This document shows positions 13,031-27,050 of a stretch of 64,000 nt of DNA, one piece after another. Numbering within the stretch: the first letter of the stretch is position 1; every line of letters starts with the position of its first letter. The notes beneath the pieces were generated by a model that worked only from the letters and a program-made list of their open reading frames with translations, was not told where the DNA came from and did not search any database. The stretch comes from the human T2T-CHM13v2.0 reference genome, Homo sapiens. A program made the translations under genes and the position numbers. Location of the stretch: the NCBI RefSeq assembly GCF_009914755.1, contig NC_060926.1; one strand, written 5' to 3'.

Positions 13031-13543
13031 CATATTGGATTTACACTGGTCCTTGGTCCTGCAGCCTCGGAAACTTGATCCCTCGGCTCCCGGAGTTGAC
13101 CAGTCCTAGGTGTGGCATGAGCTCACGAGGATGAAGCTCACAGGAAACAGTTCTCGGAGGGCGCCATTCCTGCCCCTTCCACCACCTACCGCACCTACTA
13201 CCAATGAATTGTCTTCAATTACATGCAACAGATAGTGGAGGGATTAACCCTTGAAGTTGTTATAATTTCTATTGTACAATTTAGTTTACTCAAGTGATGT
13301 CCAAAACAGCAGCATACTGACAACAGGAGGGCAAGGGCAGGAAGAGGGTACAGACAGCCCCGAAGAAGAGGAAGGAGAGGCAAGGTGGCACTGCAGGGGA
13401 GATGGATCCAAAAGTGAAGCCCCAGAAGGAGGCTTTGTCTGCTCATGTGTTCATTTTATTCTGGGCTCAAGAATGTGGAACAGCACCATGGCCTTGCCAT
13501 TGAACAAACAGTCCTCTCTCCGTGTAAATTTCAGAGGATTTTT
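13031..13543 (-). pseudogene. Pseudo-exon (513 nt, phase 0-0)
   Basis: Acceptor ..ctcaaag| to ATG|GTAGGT; one frame of 171 codons with 4 stops, Ser/Pro-rich. Confidence 0.55.
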
Positions 13544-13739
13544 CTTTGAGGTTGAGTAAATCAAAGGGAAATAATAAAATCATGTTTGGAAATTGTAATA
13601 ATAAAAAATTCAAGCCAAGTTAAACGCCTGGAATATTGAACATGGATATTCACCTGGGAACATCCCACATTTTCCCTTTCTTAAGAATAACAAATGAAAA
13701 ATCTAAAAAGACAAGTAACAGCATATAAATAAAGTTTAC

Positions 13740-13890
13740 TTTGATTCTTCCATCTACTGAACTTCTCTCTGAAGTTCACAGAGGACTATAATTAACACAG
13801 AGGAAGGAAGTACATTTAAGTAGCTTTTAAGAGATAAATCTTTGAAATTCTTAGTGAAGAAAATCTGGAGTTCTGCTATTTCCAGTTAGC
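13740..13890 (-). pseudogene. Pseudo-exon (151 nt, phase 2 to 0), end of an RGS-like domain
   Basis: tttttttttcaag| to AAA|GTAAAC; LTGNSRTPDFLH*EFQRFIS*KLLKC.. Confidence 0.65.
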
Positions 13891-14154
13891 CTTGAAAAAA
13901 AAAGTCCACTTATTAGTTTAATCAACAGTTTGTAAAAGGCCAACCATTCCAGGGCAAAAGCATTTAATCAAAGCAACAGTATTCAACTAGCAGCAAATGG
14001 GAAATTCTACACAAAAGGGGAAAAGTCAGATAATTCAGACACAGGAGTGCAGTAAAATTCTAATGTGGGGATAAGTTTAGTGCTAACTAGTTCACTGCTA
14101 ACTAGTTCACTGCGAGTATAGAGAAAGTAACTCAGAGAGATGTCTGATAATTAC

Positions 14155-14310
14155 GTTGAACAAAATTGTTGTTCATGGACAATTGGGCCAAAATTTTTGT
14201 TTATTTACTTTAATCATGAACTGTTACATAATGGAATAAATTTAAAGTTCTACAACGTTCCATCAGCTGCATTCAGATCTTTACCAATGAGCTACTCACA
14301 TTGTTTAAGA
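14155..14310 (-). pseudogene. Pseudo-exon (156 nt, phase 2-2)
   Basis: cgtccag| to AAC|GTAATT; LKQCE*LIGKDLNAADGTL*NFKFIPLCNSS*LK*INKNFGPIVHEQQFCS. Confidence 0.6.
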
Positions 14311-14325
14311 CTGGACGATTTGTGA

Positions 14326-14655
<330 letters not shown>

Positions 14656-14724
14656 TCATTTTGAATTAAAAAGTTCTAAAATATCTCTTATCCATTAAAA
14701 TTAGACCAAAGGGCTTATAATTAC

Positions 14725-14768
14725 CTCATTTCCAGAAACACTTAGATTATCTTATGAGCTCATTCCAT
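14725..14768 (-). pseudogene. Pseudo-exon (44 nt; a 1-nt loss is inferred)
   Basis: taacattaag| to GAG|GTAATT; WNELIR / II*VFLEMS. Confidence 0.55.
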
Positions 14769-14961
14769 CTTAATGTTAAATAAGGCTTTTCATTAATTAG
14801 TCAAACAACTAATTTATTCATGCATGAATCCAACCAGTATTTATTAAATACCTCTGCTGGGTGCAACTCCATGTCAGGGGCCCAGGTGCTGCCGGGCACA
14901 GGATGGGTGGGAGTGACCCTGTGGTCGGGAACATCACCTTGAAATGTGGGGAGCACCTTAC

Positions 14962-15086
14962 ACTTTCAGGGGCAGCAAAACTAAAATCATATGTTGAAAG
15001 GTTCCATTTTTAAGTAAGAGTGTTGTGTCCCCAAGGAAGCTATCTCAGAGCTCCCTGACACTCAAGCCAGTAAGCTGCGCTGGTAC
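14962..15086 (-). pseudogene. Pseudo-exon (125 nt, phase 0 to 2)
   Basis: ctgttctctag| to AGT|GTAAGG; VPAQLTGLSVREL*DSFLGDTTLLLKNGTFQHMILVLLPLKV. Confidence 0.65.
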
Positions 15087-15352
15087 CTAGAGAACAGCAG
15101 ACCCACAGTGGGTTTATATTTATCCATGGGGGAAAAAAGAAAAGAACATTTGTTATCAGCCTAATCTTGCTGAAGTTTGCCTTCCTGGTTGTACTTCTGG
15201 TTATGTGCTTTCTTTTTTCTTTGAACAATACAATAGAATCCTAGGGTTTTGATGTCAGTGTAGAAACTGACTTTGAAAGCCAGCTGACTCAGCCTCTCTT
15301 TCAAAGCAAGAATTTCACCTCAGTATCTCAGGTGAATAACCATGCTCTTTAC

Positions 15353-15476
15353 TTTATGAAGCAGAATGTTTCTTCTCTTTTTCTGTTTCCGTTTTAAAAA
15401 ACAGTTCCAATTTTTCTAAAAAAGGGTTTCTCTAGATTAAATAAAAATCTCTGCAACTTGGACTGAGTAATGCTGC
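15353..15476 (-). pseudogene. Pseudo-exon (124 nt, phase 2 to 0)
   Basis: attcattcctag| to AAA|GTAAAG; QVAEIFI*SRETLF*KNWNCFLKRKQKKRR. Confidence 0.6.
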
Positions 15477-15599
15477 CTAGGAATGAATATTTCAAATCAA
15501 ATCCATGTGAAAACCTTTCAAATGTATTGTATGGGACATGTTTTATTCATTTTTTTCCAGGCCAGCATCTTGTAGGTTGGAGACCCTTGCCCCCTCCTT

Positions 15600-16010
15600 G
15601 GTAACGCCACTGTGTTTACGCTTTGGGGGCTGTCCCTCTCCCAGTCGCTGTAGGCACAGGGATGAGCCAGCAAATGAGACGATGTCATCGCCCTGGCCAC
15701 ATGACTGGTCTAATAAAGAGAACATGACTCACAGGAGCCTCTCAGTGTTACCATAAGTAGCTTTGCTGGAGCCATCTGGAAACATGTGTCCCACAGTGAT
15801 GGAGGGGGCTGTGATCCTGGAGCTGTGGTGGTCTTGTTTTCTGCCATGTAGAACGTGTCTGCCTGAAATGGAAGCAGAGTGAAAGGTGAAGAAGAGAGGG
15901 GAAGGAAGTAGGGAGGGAGGGAAGGTGAATTTGAGAGAGCACCTAAGGGCTTGGATCTTTCTATGCTCATATTAGTCCAGAGTTTGGGGGTCCTTGAGCT
16001 GGTAGATTTT
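15600..16010. mobile_element. Old MaLR LTR (MLT1J/K-like)
   Basis: cctggagctgtggtggtcttgttttctgccatg..tgcctgaaatggaagcagag. Confidence 0.5.
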
Positions 16011-16059
16011 TCCCTCTCAGGTTAGATTCTGGACACTTGAATCCAAGAGTTATGCCTAA

Positions 16060-17142
<1,083 letters not shown>

Positions 17143-17147
17143 CTGCT

Positions 17148-17512
17148 ATATTAGTTAGGTTAGCTTGGGCTATGCCCCACCCTAACACACAAGCCCCAAG
17201 TCATACAACAGTACACAGAAGAGTGTGTTCTCCCTTCACTGTGGGTTTGGTCGGCTCCTCAAAGCCATGTCCTCCATACAGAGACTCAGGGACCCAGCTT
17301 CTTCCACCTTTTTTGCTCTGGCCAGAGACATGTCAGAGTAAGGCATGGCTTCTTCACCACCTCCACCTGAAAATGACCCGTGCCATTTCTGCCCACCCTT
17401 CCTTGGACAGACCTAGTCATATGGCCTCCCAAGTGCAAGGGGGCTGCCAGTACCATTTTCTGAGTTCCAGAATAATGGGAAAGCTGCTGGTGGTGAGTAC
17501 TCATCTTGTCTA
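17148..17512. mobile_element. Old MaLR LTR (MLT1J/K/L-like)
   Basis: tatattagttaggttagcttgggctatgc..tcagggacccag..ccttggacagacctagtcatatggcc. Confidence 0.6.
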
Positions 17513-17519
17513 CTCTGGT

Positions 17520-18256
17520 TCATGTTTGACTACACCCAGAGTTCCCTCCTTTTACTATTATCCAACCTAAGATGACAGGCCCCTTTCTCTCTAAATGTTC
17601 ATGTTGGCACATTTGCTTAAACCTGGGTTCTCAGTAGCAAGACCTTTTTTTGCTTCCCAAACACTCCTGAGAGTAGACTGCTGGCATACCTTTCTGTTGA
17701 GCAAATTAGGGCTTCCAGAGATATATGGTTTGTTGCACTGCTCCAGCACTACCTCCCTTGTCCCTTTGCCAGATGTGTTATTTTTAGGGGACTCTGAAGC
17801 AGACTGCTCAACTCCTTCCAAAGGACTATGGCCCTTACCTATGCCCCAACTGGTAGCAGGGGCCCTGCCACCCAGGCAGACCCCCCAATGCTGCAGCTCA
17901 CCTGCCTTACCTGTCGAGCTCCAACAGCCCAGGATTCCCATCAATATGCCCCAAATTATTCTCTTGCCTTCACTGTGTACCATTTTCCTGGCCCATGAAC
18001 AGACCTCACTGAACTGATCTGACTACAAGTTTTACCTGCTTGACTGTACCACCTCCGTCAACGCTGGCTTTTGCATCATTTTTCCTAAATGCCAACGCTT
18101 CTTGGGGTGCTGGCTGTGTTCTCAGCTCTCCTGCATCATGCAAGTCCTGAGTGTTCCTGCAGGACTCTCAGAAGCGTTATCACTTGAGAAAAAGCTAGTA
18201 TCTCCTTGGGATAGACTGAACGCTGCCTTCTCTATACCTGATGTGTATAATGTCAC
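17520..18256 (-). pseudogene. Large pseudo-exon, low-complexity linker
   Basis: ctgatggctttgttcttccag|18256 is in the same frame as ORF 17983-17591: about 220 codons with 3 internal stops. Confidence 0.6.
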
Positions 18257-18361
18257 CTGGAAGAACAAAGCCATCAGCCTGCATTTCAACTAGACACCGG
18301 GGGTAGGATCAGGGGTAGGACTTGGGGGACACCTTGTCAAATAATTTAATTGGATTCTTAC

Positions 18362-18612
18362 AAAAAAGGAATCAGAATCTCCCGCTGAGTCTCTCTGTGG
18401 CTATGGACTGGCCCTTTAGAAGTTTCTGCTTGGCTGATTCAAGTTCTTTTCTTATTTCTAGCACCCAGTCAGCAAATTTGAAAATGTACCAAAGACAAAA
18501 GAAAAGGAACCACTCCTGCTCTGCAAAATCCTGTGAAGTCTTGTGAAGTACTAACTGCACTGTGGGCAAGGTGGCCTCAAAGAGCGAGGACTGGTTAGGA
18601 AACTGTTCTCTC
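18362..18612 (-). pseudogene. Pseudo-exon, RGS C-terminal helices
   Basis: tttttcccatccccttaag| to TTT|GTAAGA; about 80 open codons, REQFPNQSSLFEATLPTVQLVLHKTSQDFAEQEWFLFFCLW.. Confidence 0.75.
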
Positions 18613-18653
18613 CTTAAGGGGATGGGAAAAATGGCTACTTGCCATTGGAAAGA

Positions 18654-18694
<41 letters not shown>

Positions 18695-18770
18695 CGTGTG
18701 TGTGCATATGCGCCTGTATGTGTGCATGAGTGTGTGTGTGTGCGCGCGTGTGTGTGCACATATATGTATG
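18654..18770. repeat. (TG)n/(GA)n microsatellite cluster
   Basis: Direct reading. Confidence 0.9.
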
Positions 18771-18978
18771 ATGACAGCAGTTACCCTCTGGACAACTGGA
18801 AGAAAAAGGTAGCAAAGTCACTGAGCTATAACCCACGTGCAGGTGGGGCCTCAGAGGGGACTGACTTGGCGTGCCTGTGCCCACCCTGAAGGACTCCAGC
18901 TGTCAAAAGCCATCTTGCTGTATTTGCAGGTCAAGTGTACTGTGCCAGAGAGAGTAAATCAGACTTGGGGACACATAC

Positions 18979-19149
18979 GCTGGATTTGAGAGTGGAGGGT
19001 TAAAGAAAGGAGGCCATCTTGGAGAGCAACCGCGGCCTGGGAACAGGGTGAGAGCTGAGAGCATGCATCACATTCCCAGTACCAGTTGTTGGAAGCCATG
19101 AGCCATCAGGAGACTTAGAACCATCTGACCTTCAGGATTGATCACTAAC
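18979..19149 (-). pseudogene. Pseudo-exon (171 nt, phase 0-0)
   Basis: cccttccttccgcag| to AGC|GTATGT; 57 codons with 2 stops. Confidence 0.55.
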
Positions 19150-19315
19150 CTGCGGAAGGAAGGGTGATGTTCAATGTTTGAATTTTCCACCTTATTGAAA
19201 TTAGACTTGTCTGCAACATTGCTGAACTAAGAATTAGTTAATTCATATGAAACACCTCTCATGATGATTAACATAGGTGGTAGCCACTGCAGTTGAAGAT
19301 TATCTGGAAGTTTAC

Positions 19316-19448
19316 ATATAAGAAGGATCCAAGCAAAAATTGTTCTAAAATATTTTTCAATGTGGTCATCCTTTTCCATAGCTCCTGCTTATTGACTGTG
19401 TGGCCTACAGGCTGCCCGTGTCCATCTGGGGGTTGGGGGGACCCTGAT
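19316..19448 (-). pseudogene. Pseudo-exon (133 nt, phase 2 to 0)
   Basis: gttgattag| to TAT|GTAAAC; open frame ending KQELWKRMTTLKNILEQFLLGSFLY, like RGS helix 5. Confidence 0.65.
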
Positions 19449-19566
19449 CTAATCAACACGGACAGGACAGCCTGGGTCAAACTGGCTCTCTCTGAGGTGA
19501 TTGAAGGCTGCTGGACTCACACGTTCCGTGGCGCGAAGTCCAAGTGCACACGAGGGCATATGGGGC

Positions 19567-19931
19567 GCTATGGACTGAATGTTTGGGTCCCCCCCCAAAA
19601 TTCATATGTTGAAACGCTGCCCTCCAATGGGATGGTATTGGGAGGTGGGCCTTGGGAGCTGATTGGGGTGAGATGAGGTCATGAGGAAGACACCCCATGA
19701 TGGGATTAGTGTCCTTATAAAAAGAGAAGGCACCTGGAGCTCTGTCTCAGCCCTATGAGGGTGCAGCTAGAAAGCGGCCACCCACAGCCCAGGAAACGGG
19801 CTCTCCCCAGGCGTGGAATCTGCTGGCACCTTGATCCTGGACATTGACCTCTGGAACTAAAGAATACATGTTTGTTGTTTAAGCCTCTAGTCTACAGTAA
19901 TTTGTTATAGCAGCTGGAGCCTATTAAGATG
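19567..19931 (+). mobile_element. MLT1A-type LTR
   Basis: ctatggactgaatgtttg..ccaaaattcatatgttgaa..tttgttatagcag. Confidence 0.85.
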
Positions 19932-21880
19932 TGGGAGGAGAGCCCTGAAGGAGTGGGACCTTAAGAAAGGGACATGGTCAGCGTGGCTAGAGAGAGAGGC
20001 AGGAAACAGGTGAGAGAGGCCAGGGAGACTGGGGAATTCTGATTGCAGAATACATGATTCTGCAAGACTGGCTCACTGGAAGAACTTCCACTTTAGCCCT
20101 AGAGGGAGATGAGCTGTGAGTGGTTTGAGCAGGGGAACATGAGTGACTGCATTTTTAGGAGCTCATGGTTGTTGCTTTCTTGAGGACAGCCTCCAGGGGG
20201 AAGGTTGGGACAGAAAGAAGCAGGCACAAGGCAGTTATGATAAACCAGGGCAAGGCACTGAGGGAAAAGGTGGGGCTCGGGAGGTGGGGAGAAGGTGCTC
20301 CTTTGAGACAGAGCTGGGAGAATTTGCTGAGGATTGATGTGGAGAGGACCCCAGGCCCAAGGATATTGCTATCATCCACCAGGATGGAGACGACAAGAGA
20401 CAGGTTTAAGCCCACGTAGAACTGGAAGAAACCTTCTTTCCTTTTTTCCTTCCTCCTTTTCTCCCTCCTTCCCTCCTTCCCTCCCTCCTTCCCTTCCTTC
20501 CCTATTTCCCCCCCTCCCTTCCTTCCTATCTTTCTTTTTTCCGGGATGAGAAAAGCGCCTGCTTGTTTGTGTCCTGACGGGGTGATCCAGGAGAGGGGAA
20601 ATCCCGTGATGCCCGAGAGGAAGAGGAGAGAATTGCTGGAGGCCTGTCCTTGAGATGGCAGGAAGGGATGGGTTTAGTGCCCCAGAGGATTTGGCCTTGG
20701 TTGGTTCATGAACAGTTGGCACAAACAATTCCTCTGCAGTAACAGGAGGGAAGGCCAAGTGTGGGTCTAGACACGGGGAGGTGGGTAGACGCAGACATCC
20801 TTTGTTAATTGGTTTTTCTCAGTGAAAAAGAAGGTTAGGTCATCAGATGAGAGTGAGGCTGGGAGAAGGGTTGAAAGTTTGGGGAGAGGGGAATAGGAGT
20901 GACATAGTCTCCTAGGATAGGGGGACACTGAAGTGACCAGGTGAACACAAGATTTCCAGGCAGCTTGGAGGGTCCTCCTGAGGTCAGTGGTCCTAAATTC
21001 AAGTGCGGCCAGTAGACCAGGTAGGAGTTTTTCTCCAGTATAATCAGGTGCAAGGGTGCAGTGAGGGGCTGGTAGAGTTGGGTTTAATTGGGTTTGGGGG
21101 CTTTCCAGGTTAACGTGACTGTGGGAGAATGGACAAAAGTGCTGAATGCATATGGAGGGGAAGGATTAAAATGGTGGGCTCTGGAATCCAAGCTGGTGTG
21201 GAGGGAATCAAGGATGAAGAGGAAAGGAGGGACCATTGCAAATCTAGCATCAGGGAGGTGTAGGTCCCAGGGAGATCAAATTATTGTTGGGGTGGAGGTG
21301 CATGGCCAGAAAACTGGAGGTGGGTTCAGGGAGTGGGATGCTTGACAGAGATTATGAAGGGTCACAGTTATGATCATGACACTGTCTATGATGTGATGGA
21401 AAGTGGCTCCTGGTATCCTGTGGGCAGCAGTAACCTGGAAGAGAGGAGGAAGCCACTGAAGGGCCAGGTATTGGAGGGACCATCAATGTGGATATGCACA
21501 CCGATGCATTATAGCAGAAGCAGTGCTGGGGAGACAGACAGGGACCAGGTGCTAAGGTCTTTAGGGAATGAGGCCGGTGGCCTCAGAGGAGACCTCTAAG
21601 GCTCAAGGTTGGTGCCACAGTCTACAGCATAGGCCACACAGCTTTTTCTTTAGGCAGGGATTATGGGGGACATGATGAGGGCAGGAGAAAAAGTATAAAC
21701 ATTTGAAAATGATGGCAAGGAACAAACAGGACTATCTCCTACTTCTAAGCCCAGGGATAGAATGGGTGTGAGCAAAAGACACCGACCCCTCAGCAGACAG
21801 AAGCACAAGTGGCCTCTCAGGGCAGCACCAGATCCATTCAGGCAAGCGACTGAAGGCATTGCTCACAGCAGATATTTGTG
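19932..21880 (-). mobile_element. Degenerate L2 stretch, with a CT tract at 20435-20540
   Basis: Purine-rich L2 motifs (ggtttgagcaggggaacatga, atttgctgaggattgatgtgg). Confidence 0.55.
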
Positions 21881-22000
21881 AGCTGCAGAAAATGACAAAT
21901 ACATAGTTTATTAATATTTTCAACTGGATTCCTATGACATTTATTTTAAATAACATGTTTGCTAAGACATATGAACTTTTAAGACTCATTTATTTCTTAC

Positions 22001-22056
22001 CTGTCCATCATTGTTCTTTCAGAATTCAGACATTTCAACTCTGGAACTGTTATTAT
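22001..22056 (-). pseudogene. Pseudo-exon (56 nt, phase 0 to 2)
   Basis: tttgccag| to CAG|GTAAGA; open IITVPELKCLNSERTMMD(R); phases match both neighbours. Confidence 0.7.
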
Positions 22057-22188
22057 CTGGCAAATTGCAATGCATTATAATTGTTATGCTCTTATGCAGA
22101 CCAGGCAGCTTTGCTCAAACAATAGCTGGATAGTGACATTCCACGTTTCTATTTAGTTTGTTTCAGCAGTTGTAAAACACAGGCAGCA

Positions 22189-22208
22189 CTGCTGCCCCCA
22201 GGTGGTGT
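22189..22208 (-). promoter_or_regulatory. Candidate CTCF motif
   Basis: The minus strand reads CCACCTGGGGGCAGCA, one mismatch to the CCASYAGRKGGCRS core. Confidence 0.45.
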
Positions 22209-22247
22209 GCAGGAAAACTGCGTCTTCATCTTCTAAGAAACACCTAC

Positions 22248-22314
22248 CTGAGCGCCTTGTTGGTATAGGCTGTCTGGCCTCATCTTTTGAACTTGATACA
22301 ACTCAGTGGAATGA
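22248..22314 (-). pseudogene. Pseudo-exon (67 nt, phase 2 to 0)
   Basis: cctttacag| to CAG|GTAGGT; open HSTELYQVQKMRPDSLYQQGAQ (compare RGSL1 SMRPRNLTEVL, recalled). Confidence 0.7.
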
Positions 22315-22571
22315 CTGTAAAGGCTACTAAATGTAGTGTTTTACTGTAGCTGATACACACAGGTAATTATTTATTAATTGACAACTCTAAGAAAATGAAT
22401 ACTCCTCTTCACACCCAGTGCCCCAATACACAACCATTGATGTGTGTATGAAGATAAACATGCATACATTTCCAATTCCTATGGTGTTTGAAGAAGAGAT
22501 GGATTAGTGTGAATATTTAAGAATTTTCAATCTTCAGAACTTAAAATGAGCATGCAAATAACCGTTAAGCA

Positions 22572-23311
<740 letters not shown>

Positions 23312-23336
23312 AGCATTATTAACCAATACAGAAGAC

Positions 23337-23480
23337 CTGTGGTTTTCAAAGTGTGTCCCTTGACTGACAGCATCAGCATCATCTAGGAGCTTGTCATAAA
23401 TGTGAATTTCCAAGCCCCACCCTGACCTATTGGATCAGCTACTCTAGGGTGGGGCCAGAAATCTAAGCATTAATGAGAGA
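23337..23480. mobile_element. MER5A fragment
   Basis: cagcatcagcatcatctaggagcttg..gggtggggccag. Confidence 0.7.
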
Positions 23481-23696
23481 TAGTCTGCTGTTCCTGGAAG
23501 ACTGAATCTGAATCTGTATATGGTTTCTAGAGAGCTATTTAACTCTTGGCATCATTGTAGTTCATCTCATTTGCCACCAACTTCACACAAATGCTGTGAG
23601 CCTCACATAAGATGATCTATATGAAGCCAGTTTGGAGACTGCACAGTAGCAATGAAACAAAAAGAATTATAATAACTACTATCATTTTTGCACTGA

Positions 23697-23990
23697 TTTT
23701 TTTTTTTGAGAGGGAGTCTTGTTCTGTCACCCAGGCTGAAGTGCAATAGTGCGATCTTGGCTCACTGAAACCTCTGCCTCCTGGGTTCAAGTGATTCTCC
23801 TATCTCAGCCTCCTGAGTAGCTGGAATTATAGGCGTTCGCCACCACTCTTGGCTAATTTTTGTATTTTTAGTAGAGACGGGATTTCGCCATGTTGGCCAG
23901 GCTGGTTTTCGAATTCCTGACCTCAGGTGATCCACCCACCTTGGCCTCCCAAAGTGCTGAGATTACAGGCATGAGCCACCACGCTCGGCG
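23697..23990 (-). mobile_element. AluS
   Basis: Full Alu; gcactga TSD. Confidence 0.95.
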
Positions 23991-24146
23991 GCACTGACTT
24001 TTTAACGGGTAATTTTGAAAATGTTTGCACCAATTCATTTTCTAAAACAGGGAGCCACCATCAGTAAAGGTTATCAGTTAGGATCTCTTAAATTTTAATT
24101 CCTTGATTACTTGACCTCAGGTCTCTTTGGTCTATTATACTCTTAC

Positions 24147-24178
24147 TTTCCCTTCAGGAAAAGAAAATCCGTTTGGAA
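24147..24178 (-). pseudogene. Small pseudo-exon
   Basis: gtatttgtag| to GAAA|GTAAGA, phase 0 to 2 (an alternative donor at 24111 is also phase 2); matches the phase-2 acceptor at 22314. Confidence 0.5.
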
Positions 24179-24456
24179 CTACAAATACACATGAACTAGA
24201 CCCATTTTTTATTTCCTAGCAGTTGTTTAGCCCCAGCAGAAAAAAAAAATAGGTAGATACACAGTTTTCAGCAAGAAATATTACTTTAATTCAATGCACC
24301 CAATTTGATCATGTCTTTCCTACATGATGGGTGCCACAATAGGGTCTGGATATAGAAAGCTGAATAAAATATGATAGCTTCCCTCAAAAAGTTTATCAAC
24401 TGGGGGTGGGGGGGGCATAGACATTTAACAACAGTAGTATCTTAGCTGGAAAGAAA

Positions 24457-24829
24457 GTTAGAAGAAAAACTTTAGACACATTAAATGTAACAGAGTTTAG
24501 TTGAGTAAAGAATGATTTTCCAGTGGGATAGGCCCCTGAACCAGAATAGGTTCAGAGCACCTCCAGGGCTGCCGCATGGTGAGATAACATTCATGGTTAG
24601 AAAAGAGAAGGTGAGGCACAGAAATAGCTGGATTGGTTACAGCTGGTGCTTGCATTATTTGAACGTGGCTTGAACAGTTGGACATCTGTGCATGGTTGAG
24701 CTAATCTGCTGAGAAGAGTCAGTAACAGTCTGTTTACAGATACAGTTAGGTTATGGTTCACTGTGTATGGAGAAACCTTTAGGCCAAACTTAAAATATGT
24801 ATAGAGACAGTTTTAGGCTGGGCTTAATT
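24457..24829 (-). mobile_element. MER57-family LTR
   Basis: ggagaaacctttaggccaaacttaaaatatgta; gattggttacagct. Confidence 0.8.
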
Positions 24830-24841
24830 GGGAAAATGTGA

Positions 24842-25153
<312 letters not shown>

Positions 25154-25184
25154 CAGCACTTAATTAATTCTATTAGTGTCTCAC

Positions 25185-25699
25185 ACTGCTCTCTCCTCTC
25201 TTCTGTGCTCTCATCTAGAGAGGATTCTAGAAGGATGGCAGGGGCAGCCTGGTAGGGTTTGAATTTCCAGAATCTGCCCATAAAAGCAAACAAGGCACTT
25301 AGGATAGCATAACCAAAGACACTCAGACAACATCTCCCAGAGAGCCAAGTGGGTGGTAAGGAACCCCACACGCCCCGAATGCAAGCACGCAGGATGGGAC
25401 CACCTGCAGCCCCAGGACCAATGTGGCATGAGCGCTTGTGTGGAGGAAGCAGAGGGAAGGGAAGGGGAGGGGAGGGGAAGGGAGGGGAGCCAACTGCCCT
25501 GGGAGGCGGCTCCCCATCCTCCATCTGCCACTGTGGGAGGTGGGTCGGGCCAAACAGGCACTGCGGGGGCGTCTGCAGCATTCCTGTTCCAGAGGCTCTG
25601 ATGTAATCAGCCTGATGGTGTGGGAGAAACCTGACCTATACAGTCTCCTGACCAAGGAATTCAACTCCCTTCTAAAACAGATCCACAGGGAGGCAAACA
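25185..25699 (-). pseudogene. Pseudo-exon encoding an RGS-like repeat
   Basis: Branch plus acceptor ctgac..ttctccttccag|25699, phase 2, in frame with ORF 25581-25051: GAAGGPILRAC..LSVFGYAILSALFAFMGRFWKF. An adjacent frame gives HLALWEMLSE. Donor AGT|GTGAGA. Confidence 0.7.
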
Positions 25700-25779
25700 C
25701 TGGAAGGAGAATCCAATTACAGTCAGACAGGAACGGTAAGAACAGAGAGGAGAAGGTCCAGATAAAAGCAGAAGATCAC

Positions 25780-25975
25780 AGCTGATAATAATGTGTTGTG
25801 TATTTCAAAATTGTTAAAAGAATAGATTTTTAACGTCCTCATCACAACAAAGTATGTTGGTGAGGTAACAGGTATGTTAATTGGCTTGACTGAATCTTTC
25901 TACAATGTAGACATAGATGAAAACATCACATTGTACCCCATCAATATACACAATTATTATTTGTCAATTAAGAAC
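25780..25975 (+). mobile_element. L1MA-type 3' end
   Basis: aaaacatcacattgtacccca..aattattatttgtcaatt. Confidence 0.75.
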
Positions 25976-26240
25976 GAAAGGAGAAGAGGCAGATTGGAGA
26001 GAGAACAGGCCATTTTTGACCACTCTCCAAAAACAACAGAAGACAGACAAGCTATGCTGACTCGCAGCTCCTGCCAATATGTTCAGGGAAACTCTTGTTG
26101 CTAAAATATTCATATCATAATCATAAAAATAAACAAGAGACATGGAAAGTTATCATAAGAAAATAGACCATACGCGCAAAAGAAGTCCCTTGAGATGATG
26201 AAAATATGACAAAAGGGCCACAAAACGGAGCGAAACTAAG

Positions 26241-26535
26241 TTTTTTTTTTTTTTTTTTTTTTTTTTTGAGACAGAGTCTCGCACTGTCGCCTGGGCTGGA
26301 GTCCAGTGGCGTGATCTTGCCTCATTGCAACCTCTGCCTCCTGGGTTCAAACGATACCCCTGCCTCAGCCTCCTGAAGAGCTGGGATTACAGGTGCCCGC
26401 CACTATGCCCAGATAATTTTTTTGTGTTTTTAGTAGAGATAGGGTTTCACCATGTTGGCCAAGCTGACCTCATGATTCACCTGCCTCGGCCTCCGCAAGT
26501 GCTAGGATTACAGGCGTGAGCCTCCGCGCCCGGCC
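26241..26535 (-). mobile_element. AluS (small internal deletion), inside a pseudo-exon
   Basis: Alu body with a T tail; TT/AAAA-type target site. Confidence 0.95.
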
Positions 26536-26604
26536 TAAGGTTGTGTTTTTTAAAAGAGAGTCCTGTCTTCTGGAGCCGCACACGCCTGCGTTTAGAGATG
26601 AAAG

Positions 26605-27050
26605 TGTGTCCGGAGCTGGTTCCTGCTGGTGGGTTGGTGGTCTGGCAGACTTCAAGAATGAAGCCGTGGACCTTCGAGTGTTACAGCTCTTAAAGATGGC
26701 ATGGACCCAAAGAGTCAGTGGTAGCAAGGTTTATTGTGAAGAGCGAAAGGACAAAGCTTCCACAGCATGGAAGGGGACCCTAGCACGTTGCCACTGCTGG
26801 CTGGGGTGGCCAGCTTTTATCCCCTTATTGTCCCCTCCCATGTTCCATTTCCCTTCTATCAGAGTGCCCTTTTTTCAATCCTCCCTAGGATTGGCTACTT
26901 TTAGAATCCTGCTGATTCGTGCATTTTACAGAGCGCTGATTGGTGCATTTTACTCAGCACTTACTGGTGCGTTTTACAATCCTCTTGTAAGACAGTAAAG
27001 TTCCCCAAGTCCCCACTGGACCCAGGAAGTCCAGCTGGCCTCACCTCTCA
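26605..27050 (-). mobile_element. Short LTR12-family solo LTR (LTR12F-like), inside a pseudo-exon
   Basis: tgtgtccgg..cttcaagaatgaagcc..gctgattggtgcattttac..cacctctca; perfect TSD aaag. Confidence 0.9.

Noticed and set aside
14081-14113. 15-bp tandem duplication (tgctaactagttcac x2); similar small duplications at about 11693-11741 and 27353-27370
   Set aside because: Ordinary slippage-type duplications with no sign of function.
14962-14980. Possible 19-nt exon reading FAAPES (kinase APE-like)
   Set aside because: No other kinase motifs are present, and the longer exon from 15086 in another frame fits the splice phases and RGS pattern better.
15543-15709. Minus-strand acceptor and 60-aa ORF among the pseudo-exons
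   Set aside because: No donor was found, it overlaps an MLT1-like LTR, and the flanking exons already join in phase without it.
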